Source: Oligoflexales bacterium
GTDB taxonomy: Bacteria; Bdellovibrionota_B; Oligoflexia; Oligoflexales; CAIYRB01
Direction of reading: 5' to 3'
Length of the DNA stretch: 34,886 bases
Assembly: GCA_041736175.1 (NCBI GenBank)
Contig: JBGSUI010000083.1
Location: 1 to 34,886, forward strand
Part shown: positions 9,469-18,886 of the stretch, piece by piece
Position numbering within the stretch: the stretch's first letter is position 1
Layout of the letters: each line of letters begins with the position of its first letter
Notes under the pieces: model-generated
Database searches by the model: none
What the model was told of the DNA's origin: nothing
What the model saw: only the letters and a program-made list of their open reading frames with translations
Made by a program: the position numbers and the translations under genes

Positions 9469-9939
9469 TCAGTCGACGCACAGCAAGGAGACTGCGTGGT
9501 GATCTGTGCTATCGCCCGGATCCACCACCTCGCTCGTCGCCAGGTCGAACAACGGGAACTCCGTCTCCCCACGGTTATTGCTGTCATGAAGGTATACAAT
9601 TGCCTTTGCTGCTTGTGCCGTCGCAAAACCTTGATTGTTGTTGGCGTCGAGCAGCCCATGTTTAATGGCCCGGACCACGTCCCCACGGGCGGGTAGCCGC
9701 CATACTTGGCCGGTTGCGGTCGTGGCGTGATCGCAGACCAACTTCGCCAGCTTACCGCCCCTCAACGAGGCTGGCTGAAACCGCCAGGTCGAACCAGTCT
9801 CAAGATCTCGCCATAGCGCTGGCATCTGCTCCGACAGTACTGTGACTGCAAGCTCATGCTGGGCCCGGTTGACCCGCTCTTGATACCCCGGGTCTATGAT
9901 CCGTAGACGGGCGTAGACCCGGTCAATGTCGCGGTCGAC
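9469..9939 (-). pseudogene. probable 3' gene fragment with a DUF1566 (Lcl C-terminal)-like domain
   Basis: Frame is open from 9939 with no start there (first ATG at 9825); WRDLETGSTW...AKLVC...WRLP...LLCVD pattern. Confidence 0.5.
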
Positions 9940-10288
9940 CTAGTTTCGAATTTGTGAAGCAGACCGGGGGGCCAATCGATCCGGCGGCAAGTAAAAGAAA
10001 GGTCACAGGGCAATATGCCACAACAGCGATGATTCCGGCGGAAGCGGTCACCACGACGTCCGCGGTATAGCCGGCGGTGGCGAGGCCGTAAGAGGCGGCG
10101 GTCCCACTGATTGTCTGAACTTGGTCGATGACCTTCGCCTCGCTGTTAGTCGCTACTGCCACATCCTGTGCGGCTAGCTCGCAATCACTCGATTGGACCA
10201 CGTCATCAAGGTCGCTGCTCCGATGCTCCGAGCAGCCCGTTCCGAGACCGGAGCTTAGGGTCCAAACTACTAACCATGGATACTTCAC
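9923..10288 (-). CDS. putative lipoprotein, possibly truncated
   Basis: GTG start, signal-like N-terminus ending LGTGC; Ala/Val-rich hydrophobic segment. Confidence 0.5.
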   Translation of the reverse strand: MKYPWLVVWTLSSGLGTGCSEHRSSDLDDVVQSSDCELAAQDVAVATNSEAKVIDQVQTISGTAASYGLATAGYTADVVVTASAGIIAVVAYCPVTFLLLAAGSIGPPVCFTNSKLGRPRH

Positions 10289-10865
10289 TTGGTGTGTTCT
10301 CGCTTCGCCTTTGGGTCAATGGTCGGGTCGGAGATGATGCTATTTGAATCTATACAAAATCCGTTCCAACTCTAAATACCGGCTCCGAAGGGCAAAAAGA
10401 CTCTTCCGCAGCGTTGCGGGCCAGTGTGGTGTGTGTGCGATCAAACACATGTGTGTCTTCGAAAGATGCTCGTGGAATTTGCTGAGGCCTTCGACAGCAA
10501 CTTCGCGAAGTTTCAAAGTTGGTGCCGCGAGGTGGGTATCAAGCGGTTTGAGCTTGTTTCCGTCCACCCCCCATCCCGGTGGACCCAAGGCCGTTGCACT
10601 TTTGGCGCACGGTCCGGTAGGCCGCAGGTCCCATTCTTAGCTTATAGTTTGGCGCCTAATTATGGGATTTTGCTGTGGTGAGCGTGGGGGGACTACCAGG
10701 ACTGAGCTGCCTATAAAACTAGTGAGCAACGCTCCCCGACTTTGCCATGGACAAGCGATTATTCGGCTGTGCCTTTGCGTGCCAAAAAACCAATTAGGAG
10801 CAGCCAAGGGGGCCTTAGTTGGCTATTTTATCCAATTCGACACAGTGACACTTTTTGTATTGGAT

Positions 10866-11061
10866 CATAGAAATATCGTCCTAGTTTGCAGGCCTTCCGA
10901 TTGGATCAATAAGCCAAAATAAGGGACATTCCCCTTCGCTGTGGAACTTTGTCCCCGCCTCGTCTAAGCTATGAGCCGGTTCGGGATACATATCAGCCTC
11001 CGAAGGCGGCGGTGCAGGTTCGATTCCTGCCGGGACCGCCATGATTTTTCAGGGTTTTTTT
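10866..11061 (+). repeat. att-like repeat copy 3: conserved arm, tRNA 3' half and tail
   Basis: Direct repeat of 5838-6033. Confidence 0.95.
10997..11041 (+). tRNA. partial tRNA-Arg(CCG): anticodon loop to CCA only, not a functional gene
   Basis: CTCCGAA (10998-11004), T-arm, CGGGACC-G-CCA; no 5' half. Confidence 0.7.
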
Positions 11062-11133
11062 CCAACTGACGACGGAAATTTTCTGTTATTATGTCGGCGC
11101 AGCGCCTATTCGTTCATAGGGATTCAGCCATAT

Positions 11134-11556
11134 ATGCTTCTTAAACGAGTAAACAGCCTTCTTCTCGTACTTGCGTTTTGGACATCGCCACTAGCCCGAG
11201 CATCAGAGTCAAAGGCCGCTTCGGAGCCTGCGGATGGGAGCAAGTTGTCAGATGCACTCGTTTTGGCGGTACATCTAACGCGACCCGAAGTCATCGACAC
11301 CTGTCTCAAAGAGATCAAAGCGTCGAAGTACGAGTTCGTGTGGACTTCAATTGACACCAAAGAGAACCGTGATCCCATCAATGTCACCTTCAAACTCAAA
11401 GCCTTGCTTATCGACAAACGCAAGCAAACGGCGGTCGATAAAGTTGCGATAATGACCGTTGGCCGTGACGTAGAAAAGCTGCGGGCTGGCTCACTCGTCT
11501 TTAATTGTCGTATTGATTATGAAGCGCCACGGCCAGGTGCAGAGAGTAAGCACTAA
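11134..11556 (+). CDS. secreted hypothetical protein (140 aa)
   Basis: From ATG 11134: MLLKRVNSLLLVLAFWTSPLARA signal peptide; the ORF-track start at 11041 lies inside the repeat. Confidence 0.7.
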   Translation: MLLKRVNSLLLVLAFWTSPLARASESKAASEPADGSKLSDALVLAVHLTRPEVIDTCLKEIKASKYEFVWTSIDTKENRDPINVTFKLKALLIDKRKQTAVDKVAIMTVGRDVEKLRAGSLVFNCRIDYEAPRPGAESKH

Positions 11557-11910
11557 ATAACCTGCTAAACCTACCGGCAAAAAGCTCCGCGTTTAGTGGC
11601 ATTTAGCAAATCGGCGGTAGATATCGGCGTTGAGATTTAGCATCTTCGCTACTTTATCGGCGCCTTTCCGAATCTACGAACAAGCAGGTATGTTTCGATC
11701 AGTTTATCCACATACCGTACAAACATATCGACCTCCTAAGGCGCCCCCTTTTCCGAATTTCATGGTCTCAAAAATCGTCATAATGCTCAAATACAAAATT
11801 ATCAATATATACATGATGATAGCTCAATATTTCCGCCCAAAGAGTAGGTTTTCAGGAATTTTTTTTGCCTATAACAGGGGGTTTTAAAGACTCAATATCG
11901 CCTATAGCGC

Positions 11911-11989
11911 TAGGCAAAACACCGGGTTTCGGCTTATGGGATGGAGTTTTTTTGTCGCCCCCTGTAATCTATCTCCCGGTTCGGAATAC
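11911..11989 (+). repeat. degenerate copy of the att arm with no tRNA fragment
   Basis: 11941-11990 vs 10941-10990 is 34/50 ungapped, including CCGGTTCGG.ATAC; CAAAA (both arms) and GGCTTA (copy 2) align in the same register. Confidence 0.65.
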
Positions 11990-12018
11990 CACCCTTTTCA
12001 AACATCGAGTCATCATCA

Positions 12019-12897
12019 ATGCAGCCTCTGGGTAAACCACAAAGACTTCAATCCTTACCTTGGGCACTCGCGGGCTTAGTCATAGCGATGATCTCGATCC
12101 AATCGGGAGCTTCCGTAGCCAAGGAGTTGTTTCCGGTCCTAGGAGTCTCGGTGACGACCATGCTGCGGACGGGATTCGCTGCGATGATCCTGGGAAGTCT
12201 CTGGTTTCCCAAAGCTGCCCAGCTTCCTGGGAATTCTTGGAAGGTCGGGCTTGCCTATGGGGGTTCCCTGGGGCTTATGAATCTGAGCTTTTACCTCTCC
12301 CTAGAAAGAATCCCCCTTGGTCTCGCAGTCACCTTAGAATTCGTGGGCCCTTTGGGTCTCGCACTGGTCCAGTCACGAAGACTCCTTGATATCTTATGGG
12401 CTGCCATGGCGATGCTCGGGATTTTTTTACTGCTCCCCCTCTCGGAGCTTGAAGTAAATTTCTTAGACCGCGTCGGTATCTTTTACGCACTTTTAGCAGG
12501 CGCCTTTTGGGCGAGCTACATTGTGTTTGGCAAAAAAATCGGTACCCTTGTCCAGGGTGGATATGCCGCATCCATTGGGATGATTGGAGCAGCCCTTATA
12601 GTGTTGCCCTTTGGTCTGTGGAACAGCAGCCCCCTTGTCAACCATTGGCAGCTTATCCCCAAAGCCATGCTAATCGCCTTGCTCTCCAGCGCATTACCCT
12701 ACGCTCTCGAAATGAACGCTCTGAGGCGTCTACCCACCAAAACCTTCGGAATCCTTATGGCTCTTGAGCCCGTCATAGCCTGCTTGATCGGCTGGTTTAT
12801 GCTGGATGAGAGCTTGTCTCTACAACACTGGTATGCTGTAGGTCTTATCACCGTGGCTGCCCAAGCCAGCTTATGGTATTCTGCAACGCGATCCTAA
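12019..12897 (+). CDS. rhtA: EamA/DMT transporter, threonine/homoserine exporter RhtA-like
   Basis: AMISIQSGASVAKELFP, MNLSFYLSLERIPLGLAVTLEFVGPL, LSSALPYALEMNALRRLP, LEP. Confidence 0.9.
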   Translation: MQPLGKPQRLQSLPWALAGLVIAMISIQSGASVAKELFPVLGVSVTTMLRTGFAAMILGSLWFPKAAQLPGNSWKVGLAYGGSLGLMNLSFYLSLERIPLGLAVTLEFVGPLGLALVQSRRLLDILWAAMAMLGIFLLLPLSELEVNFLDRVGIFYALLAGAFWASYIVFGKKIGTLVQGGYAASIGMIGAALIVLPFGLWNSSPLVNHWQLIPKAMLIALLSSALPYALEMNALRRLPTKTFGILMALEPVIACLIGWFMLDESLSLQHWYAVGLITVAAQASLWYSATRS

Positions 12898-13940
12898 CCG
12901 CCCTTATGGTCCCAAGACAAACTCACATCAATAGAATTGTCATCGATAGAATCTGGACTTGCATTGAGATTGCCAAATGTTCCCAATAAGCCTCCGAGGC
13001 GAATCTCAAAATCTCCTGCCAAGATAGCAATATCGAGACCATAACTAAAATTTTGCTTAGAAAGCCAAAATAGTTTTACATCGTTTTCAAAGATAGGATC
13101 TGCCACCGTGGTTCTTAAGGTGGACTCAAAAGCGGCTTTAGCGTCCGAAGTTTCGGTATATTGGTAATCCGCCCATGGAATAAGCTGAAAAGACTTAAGC
13201 AATGCTAAAGTAGCATTAATTCCGGTTTGGTAACGCTCGATACTATAACGCACACCTGCCTTATAGGGGTTTTCGATGGCACCTACCGCTCGATTAAAGG
13301 TCAAATATTGGCTCCATTTGTGTTTGGCGCTGTAGCTCTTCCAGCCTAAGATCGTCGCTATGGTTAAGAATTTGCTAGAAGACTGGTAGGGAAGAAAAGA
13401 GAGGTTGAGTCCAATGCCACTATAATCAAGAGTTGATTCTTGGGCAATAAAAGTCCCCTGGGTTGCATTTTCGTATCGAAAAAAACAGTTTTGTTGGCCC
13501 CTTTCACCGGAAAAACCCAAACCAACCTTTTTAAGCGAAAGCGCGAAATGAGGTGACACCCGATATCCAGTAAGCTCTATATCGCTGACCACCCCAGGTC
13601 CAAGCACACTGGATGCAGTCACCCCTGGCCCCGCTTTAGGCGGAGTCAGAACCGTATCGATCTTTTCCACATAGCCAGTATAAGACACTGTATTAAAACT
13701 TGGCACCATATGATAGATAGGGGTCGATTCATAGATGCCTGCGTTGGAACGGCTATAAACTAGATAATCATCTATCATCTGCTTTCGGGAGACGGACTGG
13801 CCAAAGCTTTCGGAGGCTCCACACAGCATTTGTACGAATGGTGTACACACGAGCAGCCCGCAGTGCAATCTTTGGTATAGATGTTTAAAATTTTTCAGCA
13901 AACCGATTGTTTTCTCTAAATCATCAAGTTCTTTCACCAA
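12894..13940 (-). CDS. hypothetical exported protein, possibly an outer-membrane beta-barrel
   Basis: 348-aa ORF with alternating aromatic/Gly strands and C-terminal DVSLSW; start uncertain. Confidence 0.65.
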   Translation of the reverse strand: MVKELDDLEKTIGLLKNFKHLYQRLHCGLLVCTPFVQMLCGASESFGQSVSRKQMIDDYLVYSRSNAGIYESTPIYHMVPSFNTVSYTGYVEKIDTVLTPPKAGPGVTASSVLGPGVVSDIELTGYRVSPHFALSLKKVGLGFSGERGQQNCFFRYENATQGTFIAQESTLDYSGIGLNLSFLPYQSSSKFLTIATILGWKSYSAKHKWSQYLTFNRAVGAIENPYKAGVRYSIERYQTGINATLALLKSFQLIPWADYQYTETSDAKAAFESTLRTTVADPIFENDVKLFWLSKQNFSYGLDIAILAGDFEIRLGGLLGTFGNLNASPDSIDDNSIDVSLSWDHKGG

Positions 13941-14102
13941 TCCTAGAGGTACGTTTCTCCTTCGGACAACCCATGGAGACCTTGAGCCGAGGAGCTATTT
14001 GAGGCGCTCTTATACACTCTCCCAGGTCGACATCTTCCTTAGTAAAATGTTAAAGATAACTTAGTTTTTCCAAAATTTTATGGCATCTATAGAAGGAGCG
14101 TT

Positions 14103-16108
14103 ATGAACCCAAACACTACTTGGTCAATCAGTCGCTTGATCAATCTTACATTCGGGTTATTTCTCGGGTATTATAGCGCTTCCTTATCAGCCAAACCCTG
14201 CGCTAGCACCACTTTCATGATCGGGGCTGCAAAAGCAGAGATCACGGGTCCTCTCGATCCTGTGGGAATGATGGGTTATGGGGAGTTTTCCCAAAAGGTC
14301 GCTGGTATCCATATGCCCCTTATGAGCCGCGCCCTTTTTGTGCAAGATCAATGCGGCGGACTGCCAGTCGTGATTGTGATCAACGACATGGGCATGATCT
14401 TTGGGTCGATCAGAGAGCAGATCATAAAGTCCATAAATAAACTATTACCAGGTGTTTTTACCGAAAGTCGTGTTCTCCTAAGCGCCACTCACACCCACGC
14501 TGGAGTCGGTGGATTCGCCGATCGACTCCTCTACAACATCACCACCGGTGGACGCCATCAGGCGACGATGGACGCGATCGTTCGGGGCACGGTCGAAGCG
14601 ATCGTCCAAGCCTACCAATCCCAAGAACCAGGGACCCTCCAACTCTCGCAAGGAGACTCGCCTGACAATCTGCAGTTTAATAGATCTCTCGAAGCCTACG
14701 AAAAAAACCCTCCTTGGGAAAAATCAATGTATCAAAACCCCTTTGACCCAAACATGGTGATGCTCGTGGCCAAAGACCTAAACAACGAAGAAATCGCTGG
14801 GTTCAATTGGTTTGGTGTTCATCCAGTGAGTCTTTCTATCGAAAATAATCTCGTCAGCGGTGACAACAAAGGAGTAGCGGCCTTTTTGCTTGAAGAACAC
14901 CTCAACAAAAAACCAAGACAGCGGCAGGCTCCGTTTATCGGAGGATTTGTCCAATCGAAAGCGGGGGATATTAGCCCTTATCCCGTCGGAGATTTCTTTT
15001 GGAATCCCCACCCCGATGATCGCGGCTGGACCCGCAATATAGACCATGGCAGGAGTCAATTTAAACTCGCCGCGACACTTATCGACCAAACAGGCACCCC
15101 ACTCAGTGGTCCGGTCCAAAACTTCGAAGCAACGCACTCTTTAGCCCACGAAATCTACTCATTGGATGGTCACATTTTTAAAACCTGCGGCGGCGTTCTT
15201 GGCGTCTCGTTTGCTGCTGGCACCGAAAACGCCCGACCTTTTCCAATCTTTAAAGAAGGAACCATTTTTGGGGTCAACTGGCCCAAATGGACCCTGATGC
15301 CCACGGAACAAACCTGCCACCAACAAAAAGTCCTGTTGCTCCCGACCGGATTTCTTAAGCCGAAGTCATGGACGGCTAATAGGGCTCCGTTCCAGCTGGT
15401 CCGTTTGGGCAACCTGCTCATAGCCGGTTTACCCTTCGAAGTGACCACCATGGCCGGCCGTAGGATTGAGCGGATGTTAATGCAAACCACAAGTCCTTTC
15501 GGAATCAAACAAGTGGTGCTGACAAGCCTTGCAAACGAATACCTCCACTATGTCACCACCCGAGAAGAATATGAATCCCAACAATATGAGGGTGGCTCCA
15601 CCCTCTTTGGCCCCCATTCCTTGGAGGCTTACCAAGCCATCTTAAAATCCTTAGCGGAACAAATGGTTTTTGAATCTCAACAGGAGAAAACAAGTCCCTC
15701 CTATCACCACTCGGTCAAACATCTTAATAACCCCCCCCCTCCCTAGCAACACTCACTAGAAGTTGGAATAGAAAAGACGTCGGAAAAATCGTTGAGAATG
15801 CCTCACCAAATCTCAGAGTAGGGGAGATCCAAGCAGTCACTTGGATTGGACTTCCTTGGAGCCAGATAGACCCCTCCCAGCGAGATGTCCTAGGCACCGT
15901 CGAAGAATGGCGCGACAACCAATGGGTGACTATCGCTGGGCTTTACGATCCGTTCACCACGATGACGGTGCTATCAAAAAGATTTGGCATCACCCATGTG
16001 AACATGACCTGGCAGGCTCAACATACAGGTTCTTTTAGACTGTGTTACCGCACCAGCATTCGGTTTATGGAACCAAGTTGTTCAGTTGGGTTTGAAGTCG
16101 ACGGTTAA
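14103..16108 (+). CDS. neutral/alkaline ceramidase, frameshifted at C9 (15731-15739); as sequenced it stops at 15746
   Basis: MMGY, SATHTHAG, NWFGVHPVS, VSGDNKG, GDISP, FEVTTMAGRR, YVTTREEY, QYEGGSTLFG; C-terminal domain continues in the -1 frame to TAA 16108. Confidence 0.9.
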
Positions 16109-16912
16109 TCCCTGGCCTGGAAACACTATTCTCAGGAGAACCATGGTTTTGGTGGGAGGCGTATCCTTGAGATACCAACTCAAACTGTAGGTCTGCCCCT
16201 GAAAGGTGAGATCGACAGTCGTCCCTTGTAAAGGACCCTTCTCTGCTCCTAGGAGCGACCCGTTTTGGATAAGGGGATTGCCACATTTGACCGCGGCCCC
16301 TATCGAGGTCGTTTGGCCGCTGGATAAATCAGTGATACCGGCCTTGAGGGGATCGGAGACTGAAGCTGATTTAATTCCATAACGAGCTTTCGCGGGTTGA
16401 CCCCATTCAAAAATAGTTTGATCGTTTACATCTGATCTATAAACCGCGATTTTAAGGAGGCTTCCCCCTTGGACCACAGGAGCCGCAACCAAAGATGCTG
16501 GTTTTTGGAGATTCGAGAGGGACCATGGCGAAGCACAGGTATTGAGTAGAAGGTGATGAATCAAGTCCACAGGAGACAGCCCCTCCGTGGACGTCGACGA
16601 CGATGTAGGCGAACCGTTCGTGGGCGAGTCACTCTTAGAAGATGTGCTCTCAGGAGATGTGCTCTCGGACGAAGGGCTCTCGTTGGAATCGGCTTTTTCA
16701 CTCTTACTTTTGGACGGTTCTCCCTCCGGACTTGAGGCGGAGTCTGGTACAGAAGTTGGAGTCTGGGTTTGGGGAGTAGGACTTGGCTTTGGCTTGTTCC
16801 CATTGCCGACTTCGGTACCGATCGAACACCCCGACCCGAAAAAAATCCAAAAAGTCAAAACCATCCCATATAAACAATCAGGAGTCACTCGATTTTTAAA
16901 ACAAATATTCAT
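16082..16912 (-). CDS. putative lipoprotein with a Ser/Pro/Thr-rich linker
   Basis: Hydrophobic segment then GSGC-SIGTEVGNG; low-complexity linker; 4-bp overlap with the upstream gene. Confidence 0.75.
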   Translation of the reverse strand: MNICFKNRVTPDCLYGMVLTFWIFFGSGCSIGTEVGNGNKPKPSPTPQTQTPTSVPDSASSPEGEPSKSKSEKADSNESPSSESTSPESTSSKSDSPTNGSPTSSSTSTEGLSPVDLIHHLLLNTCASPWSLSNLQKPASLVAAPVVQGGSLLKIAVYRSDVNDQTIFEWGQPAKARYGIKSASVSDPLKAGITDLSSGQTTSIGAAVKCGNPLIQNGSLLGAEKGPLQGTTVDLTFQGQTYSLSWYLKDTPPTKTMVLLRIVFPGQGLTVDFKPN

Positions 16913-17832
16913 AGATTTTTTTCTCCCCTTCTCGCTAGGGGAAACATTTGAAAGTTTATTTGGGTCACGGCGTCATGGGACTGGCCTTGCTCACTTTGAT
17001 TTTGCGCCACTTGGATTCCCCATTCGTGGAGGCTTTTACGAATCTCCTTGAGCTTAAACTTCAGCTCAGGAAGAGCAGATTCAGGGAGATTGAGGGTGAG
17101 TGCGCCAAATTCTCTTTGCTCCATAGGCAGCGACTCAAGACTTTGTCGGGCGAGGTCGAGCATTTGACGGTGGTAGTTGCGGATAGCTAGGCTACGGATT
17201 TCGTCACTTGAGAGAACCATTTGGTCTCCAGCCTTAAAACCTTGAGGAGATTTTTCGATAAACATTTCTTCTATAAGAAACTGTAGCGCTTGGGAGATTT
17301 CACTGATAGATGCCTGGAACACCAGACGCCTTGCTACCCAGTAAGGATCATCTCTAAACTCAGAAAACTCCACCATTTCGCGAATTGTAGGGTGCAACCA
17401 ATGACTTAAGTAACGCAGCCCTTCTACATTGAGATCACGCTTTTTGGAGTGGGGAATCAGCTTTTGCATTTGATTAAAAAACACCTGTTTTTCATCATCA
17501 TTTAGTGCTTGGTTCATAGCTACAAGAGCCTTAAAATACTCGGCCATAGGCCCCGTCAGCCCTAGAGCTTTAATAATTTTGGGGACTGAGTCCACACCTA
17601 GATTACGACTGCCTTCGATAATCAACTTAACTGCATTTGGAGAACTGAATCCTGCTGCTTTTGAGAAGCTCCGGTAACTAAATCCACGGGGCCCAGCTTT
17701 TTTGAACTCATAAAAGTCCAGAAGGTATTTTCGGTAATTGGTATATCCATAGACGACTAAGGAAGTTTTAGACGGAGCTGCCGTTCCAGAACCCTGGCGG
17801 GGTGATTTAGAATTTTCAGGGGGCTGGGCCAT
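16909..17832 (-). CDS. TIGR02147 (DUF4423) family protein with N-terminal HTH
   Basis: YTNYRKYL...FSYRSFSKAAGFSSP...EGSRNL; W.HPTIREM; IRNYHRQML; QINFQMFPL; ATG 17832 has an AAGGAG RBS. Confidence 0.88.
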   Translation of the reverse strand: MAQPPENSKSPRQGSGTAAPSKTSLVVYGYTNYRKYLLDFYEFKKAGPRGFSYRSFSKAAGFSSPNAVKLIIEGSRNLGVDSVPKIIKALGLTGPMAEYFKALVAMNQALNDDEKQVFFNQMQKLIPHSKKRDLNVEGLRYLSHWLHPTIREMVEFSEFRDDPYWVARRLVFQASISEISQALQFLIEEMFIEKSPQGFKAGDQMVLSSDEIRSLAIRNYHRQMLDLARQSLESLPMEQREFGALTLNLPESALPELKFKLKEIRKSLHEWGIQVAQNQSEQGQSHDAVTQINFQMFPLARRGEKNL

Positions 17833-18161
17833 AGGTCTCCTTGAATTCAAATGACACCCTTAGTATTCGGAATAAACACCAATATTCTTTAGGAGATTTT
17901 ATAACATATTGATATTTAACTAATTTTTAGATTTTGTGTATTCTAAGAAATTGCAAACAATATGTCTTCTGGCGCTGTAACTGCTTTTGCAAAAAACCAA
18001 AACCCATGACAATAACAGAAATTGTCTGCCCCTCAGCGAAATGTTTGGTTGCAAATCTAATGGTTTTTCACTAAAGGATCGGCGGTAACTCTTTCTGCAG
18101 CCGACTCAGCGGGTGTTGGGTGAGATTGGTCGACTGTTGGCTTTGGTTGTATGAGGACTCC

Positions 18162-18689
18162 ATGGACATTCTTTATTTTCTAAAAAGCGAATTCGAAGAA
18201 TTCAAATCTCTGATACAAACTGCAGATCTTGAAGCCAAATCGTCTCAACCGACGACTTCGAAAGGAACTCCTACCCCTGACGCGCGAAGCCCCTTAGGGT
18301 TGGCTCTGCGTCTTTATATGATCCTGGAGCGGGATTATATTTATCCAGAAATCAAAGGGTTGTCTCCAACTATCGACTCATTGATCACCCAAGGCCAAAA
18401 GCGTCTTCAGGAGATCGAGAGCCTCTTTGGAGGCGCATTCCTAGGGCAAGGCGAAGCCATTCTTAGTCTGGATGAAAATACTTTCCACAAACTCTTGCTG
18501 TTCCTCAAGGAGCATATTTCCCTTGAAGAACAGCTATTGATGCCAAAAATCAGGCTACAGATGCGCACCGAGGACCGGGAGGATCTGGGCCAGGTGTTGG
18601 TCGATGTTAAGGATGAAATCCTAGCCGCATCAGCCCATAAGAGGGCGGTCTTAAAAAAACCGGATGCCACTGTGACTGCCCACGAATAA
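18162..18689 (+). CDS. hemerythrin-like (HHE-type) helical protein, degenerate
   Basis: LERDYIYP and EHISLEEQLLMP repeats; ATG 18162 with GAGGA RBS. Confidence 0.65.
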   Translation: MDILYFLKSEFEEFKSLIQTADLEAKSSQPTTSKGTPTPDARSPLGLALRLYMILERDYIYPEIKGLSPTIDSLITQGQKRLQEIESLFGGAFLGQGEAILSLDENTFHKLLLFLKEHISLEEQLLMPKIRLQMRTEDREDLGQVLVDVKDEILAASAHKRAVLKKPDATVTAHE

Positions 18690-18719
18690 GGCAAACCGCC
18701 CCCTATCGAGGAAGGTCGC

Positions 18720-18748
18720 TTGACCCTTTTATCAATACGAGGTAAGAA
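18720..18748 (+). promoter_or_regulatory. candidate sigma70 promoter for rplS
   Basis: TTGACC-N17-TAAGAA, ~140 bp upstream of rplS. Confidence 0.4.
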
Positions 18749-18886
18749 GACAACCCCGACTATCTTCATGGGGATTTAGGACCGTCTCAAAGATGGCCTG
18801 CAAATCGATGAAGACCAGTCGAACCGGTAGCAGATGAAACATAGGACCCATGCGCGTGTCGCGCCCAGCAAGTAGGTTTGTGACTT

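Larger units (their letters stand above)
6014..11041. mobile_element. tRNA-anchored island unit 2 (5028 bp, mosaic, no integrase)
   Basis: Bounded by near-identical att-like repeats; accessory cargo (AAA+ ATPase, Fic) and gene fragments. Confidence 0.65.

Noticed and set aside
9469..9939. Diversity-generating retroelement target (DUF1566-like domain)
   Set aside because: No reverse transcriptase and no template/variable repeat pair with adenine-specific mismatches in the window
1126..11061. CRISPR array or integron attC sites
   Set aside because: Repeats are kb apart and tRNA-derived; no cas genes, intI or attC-type palindromes seen
11041..11133. ORF-track starts at 11041 (and 1160)
   Set aside because: The ATG is formed by the tRNA CCA plus the repeat tail; 11134 gives a clean signal peptide, and 1160..1549 is antisense to the kinase
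11704..11712. Perfect DnaA box TTATCCACA
   Set aside because: Only one copy noticed, plausible by chance in 35 kb, with no oriC context
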